Notes: a model not told the origin generated them from the letters alone. A stretch of DNA of 64,000 nt from Octopus sinensis (GCF_006345805.1 NC_042997.1:119040001-119104000), one strand, 5' to 3'; shown: positions 12,284 to 26,025, numbered from the stretch's first letter. Numbers and translations: made by a program.

Positions 12284-12887
12284 ATTATATATATATATAT
12301 ATATATATTTATTTATTTATTTTTTATGCATGCATGCATGCCACATAATGCATACATACATTCCTACATGTATACATGCAATATATATATATGCATATGT
12401 GCGTACATACATACTCACACATATGCATACATGCATTTGTAAACCTATAGAATGCTTTGAAGCCAAAATGTTCTCAGGGTAACAATGCTCAACTGCTTGG
12501 AACCTTTTAGTTTCTATATGCAGATGATATATTCATATTTATGCTAACAAGAGTTAGCAGATATGATTTAATGAGAAATTGCCTAACTGACAGTTTATAT
12601 GAGCTTGAAATCTCAGAAAGAGAAATCAACCAATCGTCACGCCCATTTCAAATACAATCTGTAAGTGGAAGATTAAAAATACGCAAGACTTCTCGTGTTT
12701 CAAATGTGACACTGTATATGTTATTTACATTCCAACGATGAAGCTTTGTAACTTCATTAGAAAACACCTACTTATTCAGAGGAAAAATAATAATAAATAA
12801 TTAAAAATAACTAAACCAGCAGAGAACATACGTAGGTCTGTGTGCGTGTATTAGTATGCATGTATATATATAGATATATATATAGAT

Positions 12888-12948
<61 letters not shown>

Positions 12949-13171
12949 TATATAATGGATGAATGATTTATCCTTTGTTTTACCGTTAACATGGAAAATT
13001 CAATAAACAGCTACCAGAGTAGCAAAATTCACGCAAGTAACAGGGATGTAGCGACCTATTCAAAAGTAGAAACTCCGGGTTAATGTGCAGTAATTTGTGT
13101 AGTATAAGGAAATTTGAATAGCATCTGCGTTCAACTCCATTATTTACTTATATATATATATATATATATAT

Positions 13172-13440
13172 GTAGGTCCCGGGTTGATTCGGGGTTAACC
13201 ACAGTAAATAAGGTACTCAATACATAGCAGAGTAAAATTAATTATTATATAGAAGGAGCTTCTACAGGACTAGAACTGTTTCATTCAAGAGAAATCTTCA
13301 GGAAGCAAGTGTAACAAGAATTGTATTGGCATTTATACATTTAGGCAGGTTAAAGGGGGTGTTGGTGGGGGACTTTTTTGGGGTGTAGGCATAGCGCCAA
13401 AAATCATACTTGGGGGAGTGGTCAAGGAGTCAGTGTAAAA
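13172..13440 (-). mobile_element. HHR-bearing element 3' end (PLE pseudo-LTR-like) abutting (TA)n
   Basis: HHR about 90 nt from a terminus that runs into (TA)n at 13150-13171; the 5' boundary is unresolved in low-complexity sequence near the gap. Confidence 0.55.
13258..13306 (-). ncRNA. Type I hammerhead ribozyme motif
   Basis: GCTTC CTGAAGA T-TTC tctt GAA-T GAA ACAG ttctagtc CTGT A GAAGC: 5-bp stem I, 4-bp stem III, GUA cleavage triplet, weak stem II. Confidence 0.75.
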
Positions 13441-13957
13441 TTAGATAGGAGAATAAATAAAAATAAAAAATAAAAAAGAAAATAAAAAAAAAAATAAAAA
13501 ATAAAAAATAAAAAATAGAAAATAAAAAAAATATTAAAAAAAAAATATAAATAAAAAAATAAAAAAATAATAAAAATAAAAAATAAAAAAATAAAAAAAT
13601 AAAAAATATATATAGATATTATATATATATATATATATAATATAAAGGAGGGAGTAGAGTTTTAGGTAAATAAGGAGTTCTCACTTATACCTCTACACAT
13701 ACACACATATATACACTCACACATACATATACATATCTACACATACACATATATATGTATACATACACACACTCACTTGCATACACGTATACACACATGT
13801 ATATATACACACACGGACCACACATACATATACACACAGAAAAATATATATATACACATACACACACATACTCACATACACGCATACCCACAACAAATCC
13901 ATACACACACATGCACACACAGCACACAAGTCCCTATATACACATATATACACATAC

Positions 13958-14057
13958 NNNNNNNNNNNNNNNNNNNNNNNNNNNNNNNNNNNNNNNNNNN
14001 NNNNNNNNNNNNNNNNNNNNNNNNNNNNNNNNNNNNNNNNNNNNNNNNNNNNNNNNN
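13958..14057. other. Assembly gap (100 N)
   Basis: Run of exactly 100 N. Confidence 1.
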
Positions 14058-14528
14058 AACATGGCTGATTAACCTCGATTTAAGGTGGCCACAAAAGTGT
14101 ATTTCTTTTATGATCTTTATCTTGATAATAGTGAACGGGCAAAAAAAATAACTCTCTCATTTATTTTAACTGGCTTGGTAATATACTTTGGTTCTTGGTT
14201 GAAGTGATATAAGTATTTTCACGGGAATTGTTATCGCTAAAAGTTAAGGTATTATATAATAAACTATATAATGATTTTGTCTAAACTATAGATATTTTTA
14301 TTAGTCTCAGAATAAAACATGGGAGCTATTCAAAGAATATGCGCTGATTTTTATATGTATCTATAAGCGAGCATTGGAGTTGTAAAATTTAACATCTATA
14401 CAAGCCCAAATCAATTCTTTTCAAATATATCGAGATACATGTTGGGAAGAGAAAGTCTTTGCGACTTAATTCCTCATCTGTTACCGTCATCGCTATCTGA
14501 TTTTTCATTATCAAAAAAGTAAGCTTAC

Positions 14529-14591
14529 CGTCAAAATTCTCCTCAGAAACAACCTTCCGTCTTTTTAAATATAACATTCGGTTAACATTTC
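14529..14591 (-). CDS. Candidate 63-nt exon with ATG at 14577 (MLYLKRRKVVSEENFD)
   Basis: Acceptor atattttccag, donor G|gtaagc; one open frame; lies in unique sequence. Confidence 0.4.
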
Positions 14592-14881
14592 CTGGAAAAT
14601 ATTGTAATATTCTTCGTAGAAAACTCTAACGGATATTGCAATGTATCGAGATGAAATTCGTTTTATTACACTGTTCTAAAGCATATCCATCCATCCATAC
14701 ATACAAACATACATACGTGCTTACACGGCATACATACATAAGTGCATACATGCATAAATTCATACATACATATATACATGCATACATATATAAATACATA
14801 CACTCATCCATCCATCCATACATACATACATGCATACTTACTTAAACACACGCGCACATCCATACAGAGAGGGAGATGGGT

Positions 14882-14916
<35 letters not shown>

Positions 14917-15169
14917 TTGAAAACGCCACTATATAAGATGAATTTTAATTTTCTTAGAAATTTTAAATGTTTCGGTTCTTCTTGAAAAGCGAACCTTATC
15001 AAAAGTATTTTTAAAAGTTAAGTGTAATACAAAATTTCATAATTGCTTCTTACTAGTCTCAACAGAATCCACGTGGTGGTTTTTTTTTGTGTGGAGGAAG
15101 CGTAATAGCTGTCTTGTGTGTTGAATAGATTCGTTGGCTGCAGTTGAGGAAATGACCAGTGGCCGAAAT

Positions 15170-15460
15170 AGCAATAGTATCAGTGACTGTTGGTCGTAGT
15201 AGTAGTGACCGTGGTGGTGGCGGTTGGAATTGCAGCAGTTCATTGGCCGTAGTAGCAGCAGAGGCAGCAGTGGTTGGAGTCATGGTTGCAGTTCATTGAC
15301 TGTAATAGCAGCAGCAGTGGACGTGGACCGTTATTAGCAGCAGTGGAAGACTGTTGGTCGTAGTAGTAATAGTAGTGTCCGTGGTGGTGGTAGTAGTAGA
15401 GTAGTAGTAGTAGTAGTAGTAGTTGTTGTTGTAGTAGTGATCGTGGTGGTAGTGGTAGAA
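15170..15460. repeat. Compound (GTA/GTG/GCA)n low-complexity tract
   Basis: Directly visible. Confidence 0.85.
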
Positions 15461-15745
15461 TTCCATTTTTCTATTCGGAAAACCAACATATGTTTTAATG
15501 CTCCTGTTTAAAGTTGTTCCAAATTTTCTAATAAAATAGAGTTCTTTATTATGAAGTTGAGTGAAAGTTACGTTGTTACTGAATTGGTAAAGTGGGAAAG
15601 TTTTGAATTTGGGATTTTTATTTGAAGCACATCTGTCTATGCATTCAGGATTCCCAATTTGGGATTTATGTACTGCCATTCTTTTTCGTAGGGTGTTTTT
15701 TGCATGGCCAATATATCGCCTGTTGCACCATGCGCATGTTAACAT
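15460..15745 (-). mobile_element. PLE GIY-YIG endonuclease fragment
   Basis: TCAWCNRRYIGHAKNTLRKRMAVHKSQI..NKELYFIRKF..LN, clearly homologous to the 43706-44593 ORF, with an internal deletion. Confidence 0.85.
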
Positions 15746-15889
15746 GAATATATTTATATCTTTTATATATATATGTACAATTATGTATGTATATAATATA
15801 TGCATGATTATGTATATATATATATATATATTATATATATATATATAATATATATATTATATATATATATACATATATATATAATATGT

Positions 15890-16085
15890 ATTCTTTATTG
15901 TTCTGTTCAGGCATTTGATGTTGCCATGCTGAGTAGTATCGCCTTTAGTCTAACAAATCGCCCCCGAACTTATCCTTTGGCAGCTTTATTTTTCGGTCTC
16001 TTTTGTCGAACCGCTTTACGGGAACCGTAAAAACACCACCATCGATTGTCAACCAATGTTTGGGGCAGAAAGACAGGCAGACAAT
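15890..16085 (-). mobile_element. SINE family B, 3' half
   Basis: Matches the family B tail (ttttgtcgaaccgct, gccatgctgag). Confidence 0.7.
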
Positions 16086-16273
16086 CATCTATATATATAT
16101 ATAATATATATTTTATATACATACATACATACATAGAAATATATATGCATGTATATATATATATATATATTCTTTTGTTTCAGTTATTTAATGGCATAGA
16201 TCGATACGTATACAAATACATACATATATATATATGTTTATAATATATATATATATATAATATATATATATAT

Positions 16274-16312
<39 letters not shown>

Positions 16313-16589
16313 GTTCATGTGTGTGTATGTGTGTGTGGCTATGTGTGTGTGTGTGTAGGGGAGCAACATTCATTTTACACAAACTGAAACTATCCCGCAG
16401 AGTAACGACACATCTTTCGACAAAACTGAACGTTAGAAGAGTTAAGGGACTAAAAAAAAAAGAAATTTAATTGCAAGTATAGCTTCATTGAACTAAAACT
16501 TCTTCTACGCTGTGTAGCAGCATTGGCGCGATGTTATGACGGAAAAAACTAATATATCAAAGATAAACGACAACCATATACACAAATAC

Positions 16590-16627
<38 letters not shown>

Positions 16628-16638
16628 CACACACCACA

Positions 16639-16698
<60 letters not shown>

Positions 16699-17220
16699 GT
16701 ACACAAACGCTTGCGCGAACTCACATTTGTAGGAAGATATAGGAAAATAGAGAAACTCCATATCGTATTATGCTTTTGCAATCTTCAGCATAAAACAAAA
16801 AAAAAATTCGGAATAATTTTTGACGTTGTGATTGCGTAGAAAGTTTCGAAACGTTTGTGAAATCTCTCATCGCTTATCTTATTCCTAATCTTTGAGGCAC
16901 CGAATATGCTTTTCTTAAATCTAGATGTACTGATGTGAAAAAATATATTTTTCAGTTATTGGAATCTTATTTATACTTTAACAACTGTGTTTTACTAAAA
17001 CCCGAACTTCATATGTAATCGAGGAACAAACACTTTCACAGCCTCAATGACCCGAACCGTGCAAACCTTTTTCCCTCGTGAGCAAGTGATAAATTTTAGT
17101 CCAATTTCTCTACAGATTCTCTTACATAGAATAAACAAAACTATTCAGTGTAATTGAGCTTCTACATTTGAACAATAGAAATGACCATCCCCATAGACAC
17201 TGCCCCTTATTTTCATGATA

Positions 17221-17480
17221 GAAAATAAATAAATGCGCCCTTTTAAAGCTTAGCCAGGCTCAGCGGCCCAGTTTCCCGGTTTCTATGGCGTATGTGTTCC
17301 CCAGCTGGACGAGACGCCAGTCCATCGCAGCGTTACTCATTTTTGCCAGCTGAGTGGACTGGAGCAACGTGAAGTGAAGTGTTTTGCTGAAGAACACAAC
17401 GCGTCGCCCGGTGCGGGAATCGAAACCACAATCTGACGATCATGGTGCAGACACCCTAACCACTAAGCCACGCGACTCCA
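17221..17480 (-). mobile_element. tRNA-derived SINE family C with 17-bp TSD
   Basis: Flanked by cccttattttcatgata at 17204-17220 and 17481-17497; A and B boxes on the minus strand; homologous to 36572 and 41348. Confidence 0.9.
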
Positions 17481-17632
17481 CCCTTATTTTCATGATACCG
17501 AATGTGAAATCACCCTTTAGGATATAAAACAACATGAGCAATAACCACAGCGTAGAATGTATTTCCGATATGAAGAACGATTGATTGGATTGTAGAAGGG
17601 TCAATTATTGATCCTTCTACTATCCAATCAGG

Positions 17633-17790
17633 TGCAAGCATGCCTTTGGGGTTAAGAAACTCACTCTGCAACACATCGTTTCAGGTCCCGATCCACTTCG
17701 TGGCACCTTTGGGTCGTGTCTTTCCAATACTGAGCTATCCAAAACTTGGTGAGTGAATATGGTCGATGGAAAATGCGTGGACGCCTGACA
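17633..17790 (+). mobile_element. SINE family B-related head, diverged
   Basis: ggttaagaa...cgtggcacctttggg...gtgagtgaatatggt pattern. Confidence 0.6.
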
Positions 17791-18239
17791 TACATACATA
17801 CATACATACATATTATATATACACTTTGTTCAAATCAGTGCTACATCATGTCTATAGTTCAATGATTGAAGCAAGAAACTAATGAAAATACTTCGTTAAT
17901 TTCGTTACTATGAGCCGCATCAAGACGGTTGCTGAATACAAACACATTCTTGTCACATTGTACGAGATAGACACTAAATGTGTAACTTTCGTCTTCACTA
18001 ATTTAAATCAAGTGGTCAGTAACTTACATATTCCGTGCTTCTTTGACGCAAGGGTTTTACACAGAATGTTGGATCAGTAATATTTTCATCTGTTTCTACG
18101 TGATATGCTTTATAGTTGTTTATCATTTAACGTAAAATATACTGGAGTATTTGTTACTAGGATTTGGCCATCGGATCAAAATTACGGAACATAGATGTGG
18201 GTATATTATAATACGTTGGTCCAGCCATAAGTTTCAAAG

Positions 18240-18276
<37 letters not shown>

Positions 18277-18298
18277 ATATATATATATATATATATAT

Positions 18299-18490
18299 TC
18301 TTTATTGTCCACAAGGGGTTAAACATAGGAAGGACAAACAAGGACAGACAAACGGATTAAGAAGATTACATCGACCCCAGTGCATAACTAATTTAATCGA
18401 CCCCGAAAGGATGAAACGCAAAGTTCACCTCGGCGGAATTCGAACTCAGAACGTAACGACGTGCTAGCGATTCTGCCAGATCACCGCCCT
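18299..18490 (-). mobile_element. SINE family A (internal deletion)
   Basis: Reverse match to 966-1196. Confidence 0.85.
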
Positions 18491-19185
18491 TATTAATATA
18501 TTTATATATATAAATATATATGTATATTCATGTATATATATGTGTATGTGTGTGCATATATATATAAATATGTATATACATATATAAATATGTATATGTA
18601 TATATATATGTGTGTGTGCGCGTGTGTGTATGTAAACGTGTGTATATAAATGGGTCTGTATATGTACAAACTTTAAATATATCAAATATTAGCTCTTTTC
18701 TTTCCCGTTTTCAAAACTCTGACTCGTATAGAAACTATCCCAGTTTAACAAAATAAATGAATACACCACTTATAATAAAAAATGGAGACTGAAAAAAAGT
18801 GAACATTTTAGCTTTAAAACTCAGTGAAATAGCACTAATAATATAGCTGTAAATAAACCAATCAAAAAAGAAAGAGAATAGAAAACCTAAAGATCAAGAA
18901 ATTGTGTACACAGTATGAATATTGGAGAAGAATAACAGTTAGGTAAAAAGAAAATTGACTAGAGAAAATAGAAAATATTTGTGCGGTTGAAGAAAAAACT
19001 AAGAATCAAATGAAAAATTAAAAATATCTCTCTTATAACCTTTCACAACACAAACGGATTGTTATATATATATAGGTGTGTGTGTGTGTGATCATAAACC
19101 TGTATGCATTGTATTTATGTATCTGAGCTGGCGTACATTGAAGTAATCTTATAAATGTACATATGAAATACACAAAAATACATGC

Positions 19186-19220
<35 letters not shown>

Positions 19221-19279
19221 CACACTCTATCTCACACACGTATATATATACACCTTCTATCAATATATTGCCCCCCCCC

Positions 19280-19313
<34 letters not shown>

Positions 19314-20471
19314 ATATATATATATGTGTGTGTGTGTATATATATATTCTTCTGCGTATGTTTGTGTGGAACTATTAATATAAATGTAAAAGAAAAAAAG
19401 AGAGAGAGGAAATAGATTGAATAACACGAAAGAATTTGGTGATAGAGACATCACAGTATTCTTGCAATAAATAGTTAGGAAAGTTGGAAAGTAAACATAA
19501 GAACTTGTTGGCAAACTATCACAAGAGAGAGAACTCGAAAAAAAATGCAGTGCAATGTTAATGATACGTCAGCTTAGATATTGAATCCTCGAAGTTAAAT
19601 TTTTATGAGATTCACCATAATGAAACAGAATGAATAATTGTTATAGTATTATTATCAAGAACTCAATAGTTAGGTTCATATATGACTATATGAATAAGGA
19701 ACTCGTCCGGCAATACGACACCGTGGACAAATGCGTTTTACTTTAGTTCGGGGCTGAACCATGCTTGGTGAGTGAATTTGGTAGGTGAAAAATCTGCAGA
19801 TGACCAGACACTGAATATCACAACTAGTTATAGGAGGAACCGGCCTCGCGTGTCAGTTCGCAGGGTCTGATTTACGGTCTCTGTCGCTGATGAAGAGATG
19901 ACCATTCCGAAAAGCATGAATCCATCAGTCTGTTTAAAGAGGTGAGTTTCTGATATAATACAGTAAATGACCCTCTTACGGATTCCAGTAATGCATAGTA
20001 AGAAGTTTGTGATAGAGTATAAGCAAGAAAAACTACCGTTTTTAGATATCCTTATTAAGCAGGTCGGAAACAAAATAGAGACAGATATCTATTACAAATC
20101 CACGGACTCGAAACTACCTGCCATTTATTTCTTGCCACCCGAGACACACCAGGATGCATATCCCCTTTCGTTTAGCCAAAAGAATATGAACAATAGTATC
20201 AGATACAAACACACGATTTCAAGAACTAAAAACTAGAAATTACCATCAACACTTCATAGACAATACGATCCAAGGAGTCCTTAAATTTAATACACAAGGA
20301 CTTGGGCAACCAAGACGAAAGAAGGAAGAAAAATTGTAAATCGTTCCTTAAATCGCCACACACGACCCACATAACAATGAGGCCTTCAACACCATACTCC
20401 ATAGCAAAGCTCTACTCAAGAGAGACCCAAAGATGAATCAAATCCTCCAAACACACACCATCATCAAAAGT

Positions 20472-20644
20472 TAAGTTAAGTTAATTTTTTGGCTCAAAAA
20501 GCAAAAAGCAAGGCCATGTAGGGGGACATGGATTTATGTACAGGGTGGTGTTCATGCAAAGAATTCAGGCCAATTGTGGTCAAGGGAGACTTTGAACCGA
20601 GCGGTCGTCGGCATCTTCACTATCTCGTCTACACTATCTCTATC
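20472..20644 (-). mobile_element. Short CR1/L2-like LINE 3' end nested in the PLE
   Basis: Minus-strand VDEIVKMPTTARFKVSLDHNW resembles the CR1 RT C-terminus; (TAACT)n tail; candidate TSD tcaaaagt at 20464-20471 and 20645-20652. Confidence 0.65.
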
Positions 20645-21427
20645 TCAAAAGTATGAGATTTTAATCCAGGCCAAATTACACTCAGCAATAACCACAAAGC
20701 AGGCAGTAAAAAAGTGCAGGAGGCCCAACTGTGGGACCTGTATCAACATAATAGATGGTTCAGAATGCCGATTGGAACAAGGTCAAAATTTTACTATAAA
20801 AATTAACTTTAGATGTTTATCGGAGAATTTGATTTACTTAATTACATGCTCAGGATGCAAACGGCAATATATTGGTCACACAAAAAGCAGCCAACATCAG
20901 AGGATGGCGGCGCACAAATCTCAAATTAGAATACAGGAAAATATCTGTCAGCCAACACATAGATGATTATGCATCCAACAAATTTCCCAAATTCACAGGT
21001 TTTCGATTATACAAATTCAAAGACAGTGTTAGCGAAAGTGAACGCATTAGCAAAGAAATGTATTTCATAAGAAAGTATCGATCGCGTCTAAATTCTTTAA
21101 GCACGGACACTGAAACTATATGTATATTGTTCATAAGAAATAAAGACAAGAGATAAAATAAATCCATTTCTGTGAAGACCTATGGGGTGATAACTTTACG
21201 ACAACAATTATTGTTACCGCTGCTTATTTGACTACTACGGCCACTCCTTTTGAAAAAAAATTTGACCACAGTAATAAATTTATCAAACAGCTGAAATTGC
21301 TACTAGCAATGCTATGAAGATTAATGGAAATTACCATGTGGTCTTACAGAAAAATGAAAATACACTATGAACGTCTATTTTATTAATAATCTTTCTTTCT
21401 CTACATATTTCATTTATGTACATATTT

Positions 21428-21459
21428 TTGATAAGGTTTATAAACAACCGAAACATGTA
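21428..21459 (+). ncRNA. Minimal HHR-like motif with U3-A8 core
   Basis: TTGATAA GGTT tataaac AACC GAA ACATGT A: paired stem II and palindromic stem III, but poor stem I. Confidence 0.5.
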
Positions 21460-21537
21460 ACACAAAAACAATTTTTAAATGCATTTATATAAAGAAATTA
21501 CAATGTACCTAATTTTCAAAAAGTAGCAGTTTCGTTC

Positions 21538-21573
<36 letters not shown>

Positions 21574-21821
21574 TATATGGGTACTGAACGTCACAAGGAG
21601 TAAACAACGAGAGAAACAAATAGAAAGCAGGACAAGTAACGTAAAGTTCGACCCTTCATCAGTTGTTGGCTGTCTATCTACTCCTAATTTCGAGCATTGA
21701 GTGACAATATTAGTCTTTGAAATCTGTTGGTCCCACAAATACCAAAAGAAAATGTTGGATTTATGAAGAGTTAAAGTTGGGAATAAAAACAGGACAGTGG
21801 AGGCATACAAGGAAACTGATG

Positions 21822-21891
<70 letters not shown>

Positions 21892-23359
21892 TATATATAT
21901 ACTCATACATATATGTATATATCTTAAGTCATCTCGTTTCCAGCTGTGTATTTTTCCAACTTAGGCTGTTTTGTAAAGAAATATATGGGAAAAATGAATC
22001 TTTCTTGTTGATTTATCAGAGTTTTTTATCGGTCTCATCGAAAATATTGAAAAGCATAAAGATTAAAATAAAACATCTAAAACCAATACTGGTGTGGGAT
22101 ATTAAATAAAATACATGTGATAATATGCAAGAATCATTCAATCTAACAGATATTAGCTAATAAACGTATTGAATATTTTGTGGGTCTTGTTGTTTCTCGG
22201 ATTAAGTCGCATATTTTGGAAACGAGTGCCGGCGGTATCTCTGTATATAGAATTACACTTGTACATATATGTACGTTAAATATATTTGTATAAGTTGCTG
22301 TATCTCTGTGACTTAGTGTCTACGTCTTTGTTTGTAGATATTCTTATACTGGCTCCAAATCATGAATAGTTTCGTATCAGGAGCTCGACGTGCTGTTGTC
22401 TAGAGAACAAATAACAAAGAAAACATTCGAAAAAAAAATATTTGGCATGAGAAGACGATCGGTGAAAATAGATAAAATTACCGAGCATCTACCACCACAA
22501 AAGTCGTGATAAATAGTCTGATCAATACATTATATTGAAAGTATTTCTAATCTTGGACATTTAGGAACAATGGTAGCGTGTTCTTTTCTAAATATTTCAC
22601 AATTGTGAGTGTATAGCAGCCTGGAAGATTCCTTTTAGAATTATCTGTCGAGTGATTTTCGACACAAAATCGAAATCACACCAAAGAATACCTGAACTAC
22701 AGATCTAATACCGTTATTTTTCTGTTTCAAGATTTGTTCAAGATTTGTCACGATGTGCTTAAGGATGTTTATGAAGATGGAAAATAATATCATGGAAAAC
22801 AGATGGAATAAAAAATAACACAGTTGCTGTATGAAAGTAAGAAATACATAAAACATTGAAATCTCTCCTGTTAAACAGATTGATCCGTGGATGATGTAAC
22901 GTTTAATAACAATGAGAACATGTGAAGACTGTGTAGGGGAAATAAAATGAATGCATTAAAAGTAGTAGTAAAGCTCAGACATGAAAAGCATGTGAGATCA
23001 TAGAAAACTGATTCGATAAAATCATTGTATAGATATTTCTGGTAATATCTAGTCCCATATCTGAGAGATTTTCAAATACTTCTATGCTATTATTATTGAT
23101 TTTCGCAGAACATGTTTCTGCTCGTATAGTCCTGAAGCCAAATTCCCCCTTCATTGTTCATAAAATATACTGATGGTATATTTGCTGTTTTGTGAGTCAA
23201 TACCAATTATGTTCCCATGCCGAATGCGACTATACAAAAGTATGCTTAGCGGTGTCTAAAATGCAAATATTAACAGTGTGATCGTATTTATTAATGTATT
23301 CATGTGAGTCTATGTAAAAATATTATTGCTCAACTTTTCTGTCACTTTCTGTGTTCTTC

Positions 23360-23561
<202 letters not shown>

Positions 23562-25336
23562 CTTCTCTCTATATATCTCTGTATTATAACACACACACAA
23601 TCACACACACACAAACACACACACACACACATAGAGAAAAATACAGACACAGTGGAATCTATCAACATCAATCCCGCTGCTAAATACACAGTACCAATCT
23701 CTTTTATCATACCCTCAGTCTGATCTTTCTTCTGAGTGTCATTTAGTGGACAGAAATGCGCATGTGTTTATTTAGCAATTGGGCTTCACTCGCATACATG
23801 GAATTTACGTCATCGAATTCTTCAGCTTTTATTGTTTACATTGGTTAATGTACGATATATAATGACTCAAAATATTGATTTCTAACGTTGTTAAAAGTCT
23901 ACAAGAAATATATACTATACAGAATCTACATATTCACACGTTTATATAATTCAAGACTAAAGAGAGCGTGAGGACTTATAATTAAAAAAAAAATCTTAAT
24001 TCTTTTGGTTTCATCGAAACACTTAGATATTTCAATCTTTTCGTTAAAATGCTACAAATAGCTGTAAAACAAATTTAGAGCCTGATCCACCATCTTGTAT
24101 ATAGAAGGAAAACAGGATGGTAAATGTTGTGACGTCTTGGTAATAAGCTAATCTAAATTAGCTTTGTGTTTGTCTTGCAACTAAATAACAACAGCAATGG
24201 ATTCTATGTGCATGTGAGCCAGCATGTAAGATTGTCGCCCTGACGACATTTTGCTTAAATCACATTCTGACGTCTCCAAAATTAACAAAACTAAAATTAC
24301 ATGGCGGACGGTTTTGGTAGGGTACTTTCTAACATCAAACTCTAATCAAACTACAAATGAGCTGAAACGAGAAAACCGATGACGACTACCTCCATGGTTT
24401 ACGACCAGGATAAACGCGACGATAAGAAAACAGGTTAATTATATACGAAGTGCAAATCGGTATTTGAGGATATGTCGCATCTTAAAACCTTGAGAGACGA
24501 GATCAAACATTGTAAGTCATTTGTTCTCACGCAATCTACTTTGTATAAAATATAGTAGTAGGTTTTTGACCGATATCTCTAAACTAAAGCATTATATCTC
24601 AAAAACAAATTACATCTCACGTTTATACAATAGAGAAGAAAACACAATTATCCACGATAATGTACTTCTGATTTCATCAAAATTTAGAAATATCGTTCAT
24701 TCTTCTAAGTATTATAAAATATGCGCCCAATGAGACCGGAATAATGCACTTTATACAGTGTTCAACTTGTGAGTGAAATTTGGTAAAATTTGGAAAGTGA
24801 AAATCTTTGTAGAATTATATATGTCTGTGTGTTTGTTTCTGTGTGTTTGTGGTTAAAATATTACAATAGTCGCTTTAAAATTTACACGAGGTTTGGTCCT
24901 CTACAAAAGTCATGTTCGCGTCACAACACAGCACCAATACCGAACTATTTCACCTTAACTAGCCCTGCTCTCTTAAACATCATACCATTATTCATAAGAG
25001 AAGAAAATGTTGTCCTGATAATGATACGCTTCCTGGACGATTATCTCCAAAGACCTGCAGATAAACCAGAAACACCTTGATATAACTCTGCAAACAAAAA
25101 CTTTCTACCTGGGTGAGTGAATAGACAATTATTCCCAAAGAATGACTAATATGAACCATCTTTAAAGGTATTTTCCAGATGGTGCTTCTAAGTTAGACAC
25201 GGCCTGGGCCAATTTGGGCCGAAAACTGCCTTAGCATCTCAGTATATAATTATGTAAGTATGTAAGTATCTAAGTGTATGTATGTATGCATGAATGTATA
25301 CATGTATGTATGCATATATGTATATGTATATATATC

Positions 25337-25368
<32 letters not shown>

Positions 25369-25502
25369 TGTGCGTATATATATCTATATGTATACATACA
25401 AACAAACATTCACAAACGCGCATACAGAAACACACACAAACACGCACTTTCGCAAACCTACACACACACACACGCACGCACACACACACACACCACACAT
25501 AT

Positions 25503-25558
<56 letters not shown>

Positions 25559-25954
25559 TGTATGTGTGTGAGTGCGTGTGTGTGTGTCTATGTGGTTGTA
25601 AACGTACACAGAATCAGACAGACAGATAAATATCAAGCTGAAATGAATTTCCAGGGTTGATATTGGCTGCACTCCAATGACTGTAACCAGTAAAACATCA
25701 AAGAGAGAAATAACAATATTTGGTTACACATTTCCTTTATGAGTTTAGCAGGATTTGTTGAAGGTGTTAAACAATTTAGGAGAGAAATAACTATCGAAAA
25801 ACAATTAATTAATTGATCATAGCAAACCAGCCACACGAACTGTTTGCTAACTCACATGACATTCATATATGGAATATATTGGTACAAAAGTGTAATATAA
25901 TGCACACAGACACAAACACACATATGTATATAATATACATACATATATATATGC

Positions 25955-26004
<50 letters not shown>

Positions 26005-26025
26005 GCATATATATATACATATATA

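Larger units (their letters stand above)
19975..21540 (+). mobile_element. 5'-truncated, decayed PLE (RT C-terminus, Cys linker, GIY-YIG, 3' end)
   Basis: EKLPFLDILI..TDIYYKSTDSK; KKCRRPNCGTC; NLIYLITCSGCKRQYIGHTK; KEMYFIRKY..LN; frameshifts; ends at (TA)n 21541. Confidence 0.9.

Noticed and set aside
19887-19920. CTGATGA...GAAA upstream of the 20k PLE
   Set aside because: Stem II has a mismatch and stem III/UH cannot be formed; at best a decayed HHR.
21575-21815. CTGATGA on the minus strand at 21656-21662 in a TA-flanked repeat
   Set aside because: No downstream GAAA or stem II closure; a type II arrangement with the upstream GAAA does not pair.
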